From assembly GCA_964414895.1 (NCBI GenBank), contig CAYPXO010000003.1:12284-76283 (forward strand): 64,000 nucleotides of DNA, given 5' to 3'. The notes beneath the pieces are model-generated. The model saw nothing but the letters and a program-made list of their open reading frames with translations. It searched no databases and was not told where the DNA came from. Each line of letters opens with the position of its first letter. The first letter of the stretch is position 1. The DNA comes from an uncultured Pseudomonadales bacterium. GTDB lineage: Bacteria > Patescibacteriota > Microgenomatia > UBA1400 > CAYNMC01. Positions 18,910 through 28,458 of this stretch are shown one piece after another. Both the position numbers and the translations under genes were made by a program.

Positions 18910-19824
18910 ATGCCTAAAATATTGTTGGTTATTTTTCTTCTTTTTTCTGCTCTGATTTTAGCTGGCTGTAGCCTTCCTTTTGGTAAAGGAAAAAAAGCAG
19001 CTCTTCAGATAACTTCTAGTCCTAAAACAACGGTTTTTTTAGATGGTGAGCACTTGGGAGCGACTCCTTTTTTTGACGAAAAAATAAAACCGGGCGAATA
19101 TACAATTAAGCTTGTTCCCGAAGCAAGTGGCCAACAAGTGCTCTCTTGGGAAGGCAGAGTGGAGCTGGTTGCCGGAGTTCTAACAGTGATTAGTCGAGAT
19201 TTAGGAGAAACAGAGGAGACTTCAAGCGGCTATGTTTTGTCCTTGGAGCGTAAAACTGACAAGGAAAGCGCCAGTATAGCAGTGGTGACTGACCCTGACG
19301 GGGCAGTTGTTTCTTTAGATGGGGAGCCAAAGGGTTTTGCTCCTTTAAGCATTGATGATTTGCAGGAAGGTGAAAACATTTTAGCTATTTCTTCTCCCGG
19401 ATTTGTAGAGAAGACAATAAAAGCTAAAACAATCAAAGGGTATAAATTGATTGCCAGTATTCAATTGGCAAAGATGTTTGAAGAAGAGGAAGAGGAGGAG
19501 GAGGAAGCAAGTCCTTCGGCCGAAATTGAGGAAGAAGAGGTTTCTTCTTCACCAAGTCCCCGCTCAAGTCCCAGAACGGAGACTTCTACAGAAGACGATG
19601 AAATGGAAAGACCATATGTGAAGATCAAAGAAACAGGAACCGGCTGGTTGAATGTGCGCACAGAGCCTTCTACGGCCGGCAAAGAAGAAACAATTATTAC
19701 CAAAATCTACCCGGGGGAGGTTTATAGGTTTATTGAGTCAAACAGCAGTGGTTGGTATAAAATTGAGCATGAAGAAGGAGAATCTGGCTGGATTTCCGGC
19801 AAATACGCAGAGCTTTATAAGTAA
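18910..19824 (+). CDS. Lipoprotein with two PEGA domains, an acidic linker and a C-terminal SH3b domain
   Basis: LAGC lipobox. PEGA-like TTVFLDGEHLGATPF / AVVSLDGEPKGFAPL. E-rich linker. GWLNVR...GWISGKY SH3b-like tail. Confidence 0.55.
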   Translation: MPKILLVIFLLFSALILAGCSLPFGKGKKAALQITSSPKTTVFLDGEHLGATPFFDEKIKPGEYTIKLVPEASGQQVLSWEGRVELVAGVLTVISRDLGETEETSSGYVLSLERKTDKESASIAVVTDPDGAVVSLDGEPKGFAPLSIDDLQEGENILAISSPGFVEKTIKAKTIKGYKLIASIQLAKMFEEEEEEEEEASPSAEIEEEEVSSSPSPRSSPRTETSTEDDEMERPYVKIKETGTGWLNVRTEPSTAGKEETIITKIYPGEVYRFIESNSSGWYKIEHEEGESGWISGKYAELYK

Positions 19825-19839
19825 GGCTTATCAAAACAG

Positions 19840-20103
19840 GTGCAAAAGAAAATAAATTTTGGGTTAAAGAAAATTTTAATCTGGTTTTTGGTTTATTATG
19901 TAATAGGCTTTATTGTCTTAAATGTTCTGAGTTTTTTAAGACACATTAGTCCAGAAGCAGACATAATTAGCTTAACAAAGGGAGTTTTTTATAGCAGAAT
20001 CTCCGAGTTTGAATTTTGGAAGACAATATTGACGTGGCCTCTTTTTTTAGTTAGATTTTTCTTATTTACTTATCAATGCTTAAGCGGTGGTCCTTGCGAG
20101 TAA
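19840..20103 (+). CDS. Hypothetical small membrane protein
   Basis: ORF with one hydrophobic helix. No homology recognised. Confidence 0.25.
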   Translation: MQKKINFGLKKILIWFLVYYVIGFIVLNVLSFLRHISPEADIISLTKGVFYSRISEFEFWKTILTWPLFLVRFFLFTYQCLSGGPCE

Positions 20104-20120
20104 GTTTTATAAGGGGATGA

Positions 20121-20510
20121 ATGCCAATAATTAATTGGATAAAAAGGAACATTTTTTTATCTCTGAAAGTAAGTTTAACTAGTCTAAAAATACAGTTTGT
20201 TTTTATTCCCTTATATTTTATTTTTCAACTTGCTGTTTATCTTTATTTTAAGAACTCTCTTTCTCAAAATGGCTTTTGGGTGATTTTTATTCCGATGTTT
20301 GCTACTCTACTTCTTGCACTAATTTATCTTATTCCTAAGAGGAATAATCCAAACTACCAAATTTATTATTTGTTTCATCTTTCAAAAACATCAAGAATTA
20401 TTATTTTGTTTGGCATACTGCTTTTAATATTTTTATATTTCTATGCCCAATGCCGAGATTATGGTTTGACTATAGGAATTAATTGTTTCCAAAAAATCCT
20501 TCAGCGTTGA
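20121..20510 (+). CDS. Hypothetical multi-pass small membrane protein
   Basis: Hydrophobic ORF. No homology recognised. Confidence 0.25.
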   Translation: MPIINWIKRNIFLSLKVSLTSLKIQFVFIPLYFIFQLAVYLYFKNSLSQNGFWVIFIPMFATLLLALIYLIPKRNNPNYQIYYLFHLSKTSRIIILFGILLLIFLYFYAQCRDYGLTIGINCFQKILQR

Positions 20511-20913
20511 TCTTTACGCCTTCGATCTTTTTTAATCTTTTGTCAAAAGAATAGACTTTTGGATAATCTCCTTTTATTGCTAAAGCACAAAGATAAGCAT
20601 CAACAAAAGAAATATTATAATTGCGATAAATGTCAATCGCTTTTTTTAAAACAGCCCTGTTTAATTTAAATTTTTCAAAAGAGAGAATGCCTTCTAACTT
20701 TTCAATTACCTCATCTTTTTTTACTTTATAAAAGGAAAGCAATACCCAGACAATCTCTGTGAGAATAAAATCAGGAATTTCTAGCTCTTCTTTTTTTGCT
20801 TTTTTGAATAAATTTTCAATTTTTTCTGCCTGAGAGGGACTGTCTTTAGTCAGAAATCTAATAATAATATTAGTGTCCAGCAGCTTTGTTTTCTTTTTCA
20901 TACTTTTTAGCAA
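20479..20913 (-). CDS. PIN-domain toxin (VapC-like)
   Basis: KLLDTNIIIRFL motif. Paired with an upstream AbrB-type antitoxin. Confidence 0.55.
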   Translation of the reverse strand: MLKSMKKKTKLLDTNIIIRFLTKDSPSQAEKIENLFKKAKKEELEIPDFILTEIVWVLLSFYKVKKDEVIEKLEGILSFEKFKLNRAVLKKAIDIYRNYNISFVDAYLCALAIKGDYPKVYSFDKRLKKIEGVKINAEGFFGNN

Positions 20914-21133
20914 TGAATTTTTCTAGAGTTTTATCTACTCTTTTATCGGAGTATTTTTTTCTTGTTTTTATACTTCCTTTAAGAGATAAAAAATTGACTG
21001 CTGGTTTTACGATTACTTCTTTTTTTCTTTTCAAAAAAGCTATCCGGTCAGAGGGAGAAAGACCAAGAAATTCCCTGATTTCTACAGGGATTGTTGCCTG
21101 CCCTTTTTGGGTAAGAGTAGAAATATAAGGCAT
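20870..21133 (-). CDS. AbrB/MazE/SpoVT-fold antitoxin (VapB-like)
   Basis: TQKGQATIPVEIREFLGL looped-hinge helix motif. Overlaps the PIN gene. Confidence 0.5.
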   Translation of the reverse strand: MPYISTLTQKGQATIPVEIREFLGLSPSDRIAFLKRKKEVIVKPAVNFLSLKGSIKTRKKYSDKRVDKTLEKFIAKKYEKENKAAGH

Positions 21134-21251
21134 AGTAAGGAAATTATAGATACATTCTTACTTTTTGTCAAGAGGTATTACTTTTCAAAATAGCATTTTC
21201 AATCTTGGTAAGGATGTACATTTTAACCGATAGAGTTCAGCAAGATTGTTC

Positions 21252-22175
21252 TTAAATGTAGATCATCAAAATTGTTAAAGCTAACCAGAGGAAGCAAGTG
21301 ATAATGAGAGGCTTATCCGATAAAATGATTTTTTCCGGTGAGTCGCCCTGACCTTTTTGATAAAGTAACTGCAGATAGCGCATTACTCCATAGATAGCCA
21401 AAGGAACAGTTATCATTAACCACTTTTGGGCAATTAGAGTTTTCGGTAAATTGGCCATTATTGAAAGGAATTTGCCTTTTTCTGCTGCTGTTGGCTGGGA
21501 AAAAGTAAAAAGAGCATAGGTTAACCAGCTTGAGGTGGCAAACATAGAAATATAAAGGTCAAGCAGATTTTCCGGATAGGAAAGCAGAGAGCGGCGGTGT
21601 TTGGCGGCAACTTTTTTTAAAGCAATTAATTCCCATCGGCGTTTTCCTACGGCCAGAAATAAAGAGAAAGAAGTAACACAAAGAAGAAGCCAAACACCTA
21701 TGTGAGCATTGACGGCAACTGCCCCTGCCCAAACACGTAAAATAAAACCGCTGGCAATAAACAGAACATCCAAAATGGCAACGTTTTTAAAATAGAAACT
21801 GTAGGCAATATGGAGAATAAAATATAAAAAGCAAATTAAAAAGAAGAAGAAAGAAAGGTTGCTAGCCAGAAATAAAGAGAGAAAAAAACCACAGGTGATA
21901 GTAAAAAAGGCAATTGGAGGAGGCAGTTTGCCTGAAGCCAAAGGACGGCTTTTTTTAAAAGGATGGAATTTGTCTTGGGAGACATCCAAAAGATCATTAA
22001 ATATATAAATAGTTGAGGTTACTAAACAAAAGATGAAAAAAGCAGCCATAGAGAGAAGGAGTTTCTCGGGAATAAAAAGCCATCCAGAAAAAGCAATACC
22101 TACAAAAAGGCTAAGATTTTTGAGCCACTGTTTTGGTCGAGCGGAGATAAAAATCAGCTTGAAAATTTCAGCCAT
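21252..22175 (-). CDS. UbiA-family prenyltransferase, decaprenyl-phosphate phosphoribosyltransferase-like
   Basis: NDLLDVSQD Asp-rich motif. Multiple TM helices. Start trimmed to MAEIF to avoid a long overlap with the upstream gene. Confidence 0.55.
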   Translation of the reverse strand: MAEIFKLIFISARPKQWLKNLSLFVGIAFSGWLFIPEKLLLSMAAFFIFCLVTSTIYIFNDLLDVSQDKFHPFKKSRPLASGKLPPPIAFFTITCGFFLSLFLASNLSFFFFLICFLYFILHIAYSFYFKNVAILDVLFIASGFILRVWAGAVAVNAHIGVWLLLCVTSFSLFLAVGKRRWELIALKKVAAKHRRSLLSYPENLLDLYISMFATSSWLTYALFTFSQPTAAEKGKFLSIMANLPKTLIAQKWLMITVPLAIYGVMRYLQLLYQKGQGDSPEKIILSDKPLIITCFLWLALTILMIYI

Positions 22176-23209
22176 AGAAAAAATGCTCCCAGCAAACCTA
22201 TTATTATACTGATTGTATAAAGTTTTGCCAGAGAACTCAAATGAAGGGCGAGAATTCCCAGAACCAAAGTGACCAGCCAATAAAAAATAGCGATTTTTAT
22301 TTTACTCCATCCAAGGTGGAGTAATTTATGGTGCAGGTGTTGGGCGTCTCCCCAGACTGGCGAGTGGCCGGCTAGTAGGCGGCGGGTAATAGCAAAGAGA
22401 GCATCAGCAATAGGGATTCCCAAAACCATAACGGCTGTTCCTACTTTGGTAGTTGCTAGGATTGATAAAACAGCGAGCATAAAACCCCCAATTATCCCTC
22501 CTCCATAACCAGGCATTATTTTTTGGGGATAGAAGTTGAAAGGAAGAAAGCCGGCATAAGCACCAGCAGTAATAAAAGCGAGGATGGCTACTGGCCATTG
22601 AGTAATATCGGCGGAAAAGCGAAGACTTAAAAAACCAATTGTTAAGCAGGCAATAACTATAATTCCTGGTAGTTGTCCGTCAACTCCCTTTGACCAGTTT
22701 ATAAAATTCATGCAGGCTAAAATCCAAAAAAGAGCAAAAAGATCACTTAAAATCCAGATTTGCCTAGTTTTTCCAAAAAGAAAAATAGGGATTTGTGGTT
22801 GGTTTAAATGGATAATGCCATTGAAAGGATTGGTTATAAAAGGAATACCGATACCGCCGGCAACTACACAAAGAACGCTTAAAAAACCAAGCAAAAGCCG
22901 CAGATAAGGATTAAGATCAAAAATGTCATCCAAAAAGCCAGTTATCATCAAAATGCAAGCACCTAGAAGGATAGCTATAAGGTGTTTGTCAAAAGGCAGA
23001 AGGAAACTAGCGGCCAGAAAGATTGAGAGAAAGATAATAATTCCCCCTCCTCTAGGGACTGGATATTTGTGAACGACCTTAGGATGTTTTTTTCTTTGAG
23101 GGTCATCTAGCCAGCCAAACTTTTTGTATGTAAAAATAATGATAGGAGTGATAACTCCGGCAAAAATAAAAGAAATCAAAAAAGCACTGATTAATTGGAT
23201 AAAGTTCAC
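22154..23209 (-). CDS. Glycosyltransferase family 4 polyprenyl-phosphate sugar-1-phosphate transferase (MraY/WecA-like)
   Basis: LDDIFDL motif. ~10 TM helices. 351 aa. Confidence 0.6.
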   Translation of the reverse strand: MNFIQLISAFLISFIFAGVITPIIIFTYKKFGWLDDPQRKKHPKVVHKYPVPRGGGIIIFLSIFLAASFLLPFDKHLIAILLGACILMITGFLDDIFDLNPYLRLLLGFLSVLCVVAGGIGIPFITNPFNGIIHLNQPQIPIFLFGKTRQIWILSDLFALFWILACMNFINWSKGVDGQLPGIIVIACLTIGFLSLRFSADITQWPVAILAFITAGAYAGFLPFNFYPQKIMPGYGGGIIGGFMLAVLSILATTKVGTAVMVLGIPIADALFAITRRLLAGHSPVWGDAQHLHHKLLHLGWSKIKIAIFYWLVTLVLGILALHLSSLAKLYTISIIIGLLGAFFLWLKFSS

Positions 23210-23228
23210 TATTAAAGACTTGCTTTTT

Positions 23229-23606
23229 CTATAAAGTTGTTAAAGATAAGATTTTGAAAAAAGCAACACTCAAAAGTAAAGCAATTAAAAAGTTAACAGA
23301 AACAAAAATTTTTGACAACAGTTTTTCTCTTTCAAAAAAGGCGGTTCCAATGCAGAGATTTACTGGCGTTAATATTAACAGAAGGGCCGGTATAAGAAAA
23401 AGCTTCTTCTTGGCAACCAGTTGGTCTTCTCCCCAAGGGCGGGTATAGAGAAGCGGAATTTGTGGGGGGATGTTTTTCCAAAGAAAGAGAAGAGTTGTGG
23501 TTTGCAGAACAATTAATACAAAAACTATTTTTATGTTCCAGAAAAAAAGATCGTCTTGAAGAATAAAGTTAAATTTTTTTTGTAAAAACAAGTTTGCAAG
23601 TTTCAT
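23229..23606 (-). CDS. Small membrane protein, possible glycosyltransferase accessory subunit
   Basis: Hydrophobic ORF translationally coupled to the downstream GT-C gene. Confidence 0.3.
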   Translation of the reverse strand: MKLANLFLQKKFNFILQDDLFFWNIKIVFVLIVLQTTTLLFLWKNIPPQIPLLYTRPWGEDQLVAKKKLFLIPALLLILTPVNLCIGTAFFEREKLLSKIFVSVNFLIALLLSVAFFKILSLTTL

Positions 23607-25108
23607 ATTTTTTTATAGACGGAGGCTCCTTGCTCTTCGGCTATTTTACAATAATTTTCTTTTATTATTTTTTCAAGCTCAACAAAAGATTTTTTCTCAG
23701 TAATAATTATTAAGGAAGGTTTTTTTTCTTTTATCGCTTTAATTGTTTCTTTTTGACCGTCAAAGTCGGATATATGATAGGCAACAGTATAGCGGCCGGG
23801 AGGGAGACGTTCGGTCATTGCATAAAGATAAGGCTCATTACCCCAGATGAAGATATAATCCCAGTCGTCAGTGAAGACTTTGATGAGATGGGCTAGTTTG
23901 TAGGTTCGGTTAACGCGCCAATCGAAAAAAGAAAAATATTTTTCTTTATCCTTTTGTCCAACTGTGAACTGGTAGAAATTTTGATAGTATTTTAATACGG
24001 GGTAGCGCCAAAATTGGTAATAAAAAAAGGAAAAGACCAAAATAAAGAGAACAAAAAGAGTAAATGTCTTTTCGCCCCTTTTTTTTCCAAAAAGAAAAAG
24101 GAGAAGAATGCTTAAAGGGGGAATAATTTGGATTAAATAATGTGGATATGGACGGCCGGATAGAAGAGCAGCAAAAAGGGCAAAAATAAACCAAAGGATG
24201 ATAAAAAGAAACTTTTTTGTCAACTTTTTTTTATAAACAAAGAGAGAAATGAGAACAATTGAAAAGAGGAGAAATCTTTGGGTAAAACCTGAAGAAAGAG
24301 AAATAAGTGCTTTATCTCCTTTATTTCCCCAAGAAGAGAGATAACCAACATTTTGTATAAAAGCGGCTTTCCAATATTGAAGAAGAGCTCCTTTTTGCCA
24401 GTAATAGAGAAAGCTCAGAGCTGGAAGAGCGATAAAGCCAAAAAGAAGAAAAGAGCAATTGAGAAATTGAGAAATTGAGAAATTGAGAAAAATCGTTAGA
24501 CCTTTTTTTAATTTAGAACCTGTCTTATAAACCTTACCCTTAAAGGATAAGTCAAAAAACAACAGAAAGGTCAAAGCCGCCAAAAAAGAAAAAACGGCTG
24601 GTGCTTTAAAAAGAAAGGCAAGACTAAACAAAACTCCTGACAAAAAATAATTTTTAATTTTGAATTGCGACTTTACATTTATTAACAATAGCATTGCCGC
24701 TGTAGTCGGCATGATCATAAAAATTTCTCCGTTGGGAATATTGCTTTCAAGGATTAAAGGGAGAACAACAAAAGCTAAAGAGGAGACTAAAGCAGGAAGA
24801 GTCTTTCTTAAGATTTTTCGGGACAACAAGTAGATCAAATAAATATTTACCAGGTTCCACCAAAGGAGAATAAAACGAAACCAAAACTGATGGGTGCTCA
24901 AAGCAGCTATTAGATAAAGCAAAGGGGGTTTGTTATCATGAATATCTCGGTAAAAGGTTAAGCCTTTTCTTAAAGCTGCTCCTAAAGTAAGATAAATTCC
25001 TTCATCTCCATACCAATAAGGTTCAAAGAGAGAAGGCAGGCGAAGAAGAAGAGCAAAGATAAGAATAGCGATTAAGCCTTTGGGGAGTTTTGAGAATAAA
25101 TGGGACAT
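23603..25108 (-). CDS. GT-C superfamily membrane glycosyltransferase (ArnT/PMT_2-like)
   Basis: N-terminal YWYGDEGIYL...DNKPPLLY loop motif. >10 TM helices. Contains a (ttgagaaa)x3 repeat at 24458-24481. Confidence 0.6.
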   Translation of the reverse strand: MSHLFSKLPKGLIAILIFALLLRLPSLFEPYWYGDEGIYLTLGAALRKGLTFYRDIHDNKPPLLYLIAALSTHQFWFRFILLWWNLVNIYLIYLLSRKILRKTLPALVSSLAFVVLPLILESNIPNGEIFMIMPTTAAMLLLINVKSQFKIKNYFLSGVLFSLAFLFKAPAVFSFLAALTFLLFFDLSFKGKVYKTGSKLKKGLTIFLNFSISQFLNCSFLLFGFIALPALSFLYYWQKGALLQYWKAAFIQNVGYLSSWGNKGDKALISLSSGFTQRFLLFSIVLISLFVYKKKLTKKFLFIILWFIFALFAALLSGRPYPHYLIQIIPPLSILLLFLFGKKRGEKTFTLFVLFILVFSFFYYQFWRYPVLKYYQNFYQFTVGQKDKEKYFSFFDWRVNRTYKLAHLIKVFTDDWDYIFIWGNEPYLYAMTERLPPGRYTVAYHISDFDGQKETIKAIKEKKPSLIIITEKKSFVELEKIIKENYCKIAEEQGASVYKKI

Positions 25109-25250
25109 ATAGCAATGTTAAAACAAAATGTCACCTTTGTCATTCTGAACTTGATTCAGAATCTATAGAAATAATTCAGCTTTAATATTTTTATAGATTC
25201 CCGATCTTGAAGCGCTTTCGCTTTCAGGTCGAGAATGACAAATGAGAAAT
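25109..25250. repeat. Palindromic MITE-like repeat family 3, copy B (inverted relative to copy A)
   Basis: gttaaaacaaaatgtcacctttgtcattctgaac...agaatctatagaaataa...tatagattcc...gagaatgacaa. Confidence 0.55.
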
Positions 25251-25372
25251 AAAAAAGAGAAGGTTTTAAAAACCCGCCATTTTGTTTTTAAAGGGCTATA
25301 GTAAAATTCAAATTACAAATGTCAAATCAAAAATTATTTTTCTTTCTTGTTATGAATTTTGACTTTTGAATT

Positions 25373-26701
25373 TTAAATTTGCCGCTCCATCCACAAAAAA
25401 TAAAGACCGTCGATTTTTTTTACAGAACTAGTTTGGAAATTTTCAATTTTAACATCATTTGGCTGATCACTGGTAATTATTCCTATTCTCTCTAAATTTT
25501 CTGCAAGAGAATAAATAACATCACTTTCATCCATTAAAGCAGTTCCCACATAGAAAGGCAGTGGGCCACCAGGGGAATAGATGGGGGCAGGAATATCATA
25601 ATATTTTGCTTCCCAAAGGTGATGGGCTTTGCCGTTATAGTTGATTATTAAAAAAGGAGTTTGAGATGGAGTGTTGAGCTTTATGTATTCGGCCATTTGG
25701 CGAAAAGGTTTTTTAGTCGGCTGAAAAAAATAGCGGATATCAAAGTAGCCCCAGAGGCAAATGAGAAAAGCAATAAAAACAAGAGAAATTTTTCTTCTCT
25801 GAGAAGCTAGTAGAAGAATTAAACCAGGGATTACATAAAGCAGGTAGCGGTCATAAAAGATAGAGGATTTAATATGGGAGATAATGAAAGTTAAAATTAC
25901 TGGCAGGGTAAGCCAAAGAGAAATTAGAGACTCTTTGTTTTTTGTGCTTTTGCCAAAAAAGGGCCAGCGGCGTAAAGCGAGAATTATTAAAGCAAGGTAT
26001 GAAACTATTTTTTTACAATCAGCGCTTTGCCCAAGAGCAAGGAAGCTTTGCCAAAGTTCATTTATAGATTTTAAAGTTGGTTTTGCCAGCCAAAAACCGC
26101 TTTGGACTAATGAGCTTTGGTAATACAATGGATAAAGCCAGGGAAGATAAAGGATAAATATAAAAAAATAAGGAAGGAATCTGTTTAATCTTTTTTTTGG
26201 TTTTTTAACAAACTCTTTGAAAACCCAGAGAAATTGGAGAAAGATAGCAAAAATAGAAAAGTGATGGGAGTATAAAGCGGCAGTTGCAGAGAGAACATAA
26301 AGAATCCAGTTTTCGGTTATAAAAAAATAGAAGCTCAGAGTGGTGGTAAAAGCTAGGATGGCATACATTCTTCCTTCGAAAGCATAAGAGAAAAGGAAAG
26401 GATTAGTAGCTGTCAGTAAAGCAGCAATAAGGGCTGTTTTTTTGCCCCAAAGGTATTTTGCCAAAAGAAAGATAGTAAGAACTGTGCCGATAAAAAAAGA
26501 GAAAGAAAGTGCTCTTATGGCTATTTCCGAAGTGCCGAAAAGCCTCATCCAAGCATGGCAACAGAAATAATAAAGAGGGGGAGAGGTGTCTTTGGAGACA
26601 ATTTTAACAATGTCAAGGAGGTTTTTTTGGCTCAAGACAGCAGCAAAACCCTCATCTCCCCAAAGGCTGGCGGTAAACTGGTTTTTGAAAAAGTCAATCA
26701 C
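25373..26701 (-). CDS. GT-C superfamily membrane glycosyltransferase (ArnT-like), paralog 2
   Basis: Same topology and N-terminal loop motif (WGDEGF) as 23603-25108. Confidence 0.55.
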   Translation of the reverse strand: MIDFFKNQFTASLWGDEGFAAVLSQKNLLDIVKIVSKDTSPPLYYFCCHAWMRLFGTSEIAIRALSFSFFIGTVLTIFLLAKYLWGKKTALIAALLTATNPFLFSYAFEGRMYAILAFTTTLSFYFFITENWILYVLSATAALYSHHFSIFAIFLQFLWVFKEFVKKPKKRLNRFLPYFFIFILYLPWLYPLYYQSSLVQSGFWLAKPTLKSINELWQSFLALGQSADCKKIVSYLALIILALRRWPFFGKSTKNKESLISLWLTLPVILTFIISHIKSSIFYDRYLLYVIPGLILLLASQRRKISLVFIAFLICLWGYFDIRYFFQPTKKPFRQMAEYIKLNTPSQTPFLIINYNGKAHHLWEAKYYDIPAPIYSPGGPLPFYVGTALMDESDVIYSLAENLERIGIITSDQPNDVKIENFQTSSVKKIDGLYFLWMERQI

Positions 26702-26756
26702 AATTAAAGTTTAGCAGGAGAGGAGTTTTTCTTCAATATTATTTCCTTCTGGCTTT

Positions 26757-28259
26757 TCACTTTTCAGGGGAAACTTTTTCCGTTACCCGATAGTCAATAT
26801 ATTTGCCGAGCATGAGCCTGGTATGGGCGTCTATTCCGGGCAAGGCGCTGAAAAGAAAACCAACAACAGGTAAGAGAATAAATTCAAGAGGAGAAAGAAG
26901 TCTGCGAATTAAAGAAACCGACTTTGGTCTTTTTGGCCGCTGGCGCCAATCGATAATTATTATCATAAGCAGAGAGATTAAAGAGCAAGTGAGAATAGCG
27001 GAGGAAACTTGAGGAAGAGTTTTGCCCAGGATTGTGCGACTGAAGTCTTTGTTTAACAGAGGAGGCAGGGCGGCACCAATAGTGATGGCAAACCAGTTGA
27101 CCGGCCATAGAAAATGGTCCTCCAAAACCTTAAGAACTCTGAGGGTTTTTTGCCAGAAATTGATATCTTTGTTTGTTAACCAATTCCAAATAATATAGGC
27201 GTCGTCGGAAGCTCCCCAAGCCCAACGTTTAACTTGTTCATATTGGTTAAGAAAAGTTTTCCAGAATCTCGTTGATTCTGCGGCATCCTCGAAAACTGGC
27301 AAAAAAATCGGTTCGACTTCCACTTTTCCCTTGAGAGCAAAAAAACTTTTGAAAAAGAGGCGATAGTCTTCAGGAATAACGTCAGTGTCCCAAAAATCAA
27401 TTTTAATAATCATCGCAAGAGAAGTAGAGTAGGTGGAGAAATTTATTAACCTGTCTTTGCGCATGAGTAAGCCCATATGGACGACAGAAGAAGTGGTATT
27501 AAAAACTCTAGTAATCATTGGCACTTTCCAGATGTTATTGTAAAAGTTAACTGCTGGTTGGAAGATTTTGAAGTATCTTTTGGGATCATCGAGAAATTTG
27601 AAGGTTAGACAAGCCAAATAGTGGTGATGAAGGACAGCGTCGGCATCCTCGCTGGTAATTGTAATATAGGCAGGATCGAGTTTTTTTTCATCAACCAATT
27701 TTTTTTTGACAAACTTTGCCGCCCAGGAGGTATTTGAGGACTTACCTTTGACTTCGTCTTTAATGTCTGGATGGAAAGTAGTGTAAAAAAAGCCGAATTT
27801 TTTGGCAAACTGTTTAGTTAAGGTTTTTGCTTTCTTTTCTACTGGCTTACCTTCTCTTTTTTCGAAAGAGATAACGACGCAGATTTTTTCCAGAGGGTAA
27901 GTTTGTTTGATTAAGCCTTCCAGAGTTCTCCGTAGAGTATGTAGTGGTTCTTTGTAGGTAGGGATTATAATAATATGGTGGACTTTCTGCCAGTCGGGAA
28001 AGATTTTAACATCGCCGAGCCAGTCAAATTTCTGGTATGCTTTGATTTTAAACTGGGCCAAAAGAGCCAAAAAGGCAATAGAGGTAGAGCGGTAAAACCA
28101 GTAAACATCAAAGGCGATAATATAATAAGCAACAACTGAAGGGATAACCAAAGACCCCCAGAAAGGAAAGAGAATTAAAGACCAGGAGAAGGCTCCTGGC
28201 AGGATCTCCAGCATTCGGTGAATAGTCTTTTGGTGTTTGTAAAGGAATGATAGAAGCAT
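26757..28259 (-). CDS. Membrane-bound family 2 glycosyltransferase (processive synthase-like)
   Basis: Central GT-A domain with a D,D,D...QxxRW-like motif (RWAWGA). N- and C-terminal TM helices. Confidence 0.55.
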   Translation of the reverse strand: MLLSFLYKHQKTIHRMLEILPGAFSWSLILFPFWGSLVIPSVVAYYIIAFDVYWFYRSTSIAFLALLAQFKIKAYQKFDWLGDVKIFPDWQKVHHIIIIPTYKEPLHTLRRTLEGLIKQTYPLEKICVVISFEKREGKPVEKKAKTLTKQFAKKFGFFYTTFHPDIKDEVKGKSSNTSWAAKFVKKKLVDEKKLDPAYITITSEDADAVLHHHYLACLTFKFLDDPKRYFKIFQPAVNFYNNIWKVPMITRVFNTTSSVVHMGLLMRKDRLINFSTYSTSLAMIIKIDFWDTDVIPEDYRLFFKSFFALKGKVEVEPIFLPVFEDAAESTRFWKTFLNQYEQVKRWAWGASDDAYIIWNWLTNKDINFWQKTLRVLKVLEDHFLWPVNWFAITIGAALPPLLNKDFSRTILGKTLPQVSSAILTCSLISLLMIIIIDWRQRPKRPKSVSLIRRLLSPLEFILLPVVGFLFSALPGIDAHTRLMLGKYIDYRVTEKVSPEK

Positions 28260-28458
28260 TACTCTTTACCTAAATAACATTTTCGCATTTTTTGTTGTTT
28301 GTGTCGCTACTTTTTTAAAAGAAGCCTTTTTAATTTTACCAATAAACTAACTCTTCAAATCTCTTCACTGAAGTCATAAATCCATTATACCTTAACCTTC
28401 TGAGCCTTTGAACTTTTTAAACTTATGAAACTTTTATTTGTTAATCAGAAAAAAGAAT

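Noticed and set aside
19490-19520. gaggaggagg purine repeat in the PEGA lipoprotein gene
   Set aside because: It simply encodes a poly-Glu linker (period 3), not a slippage-prone frameshift repeat.
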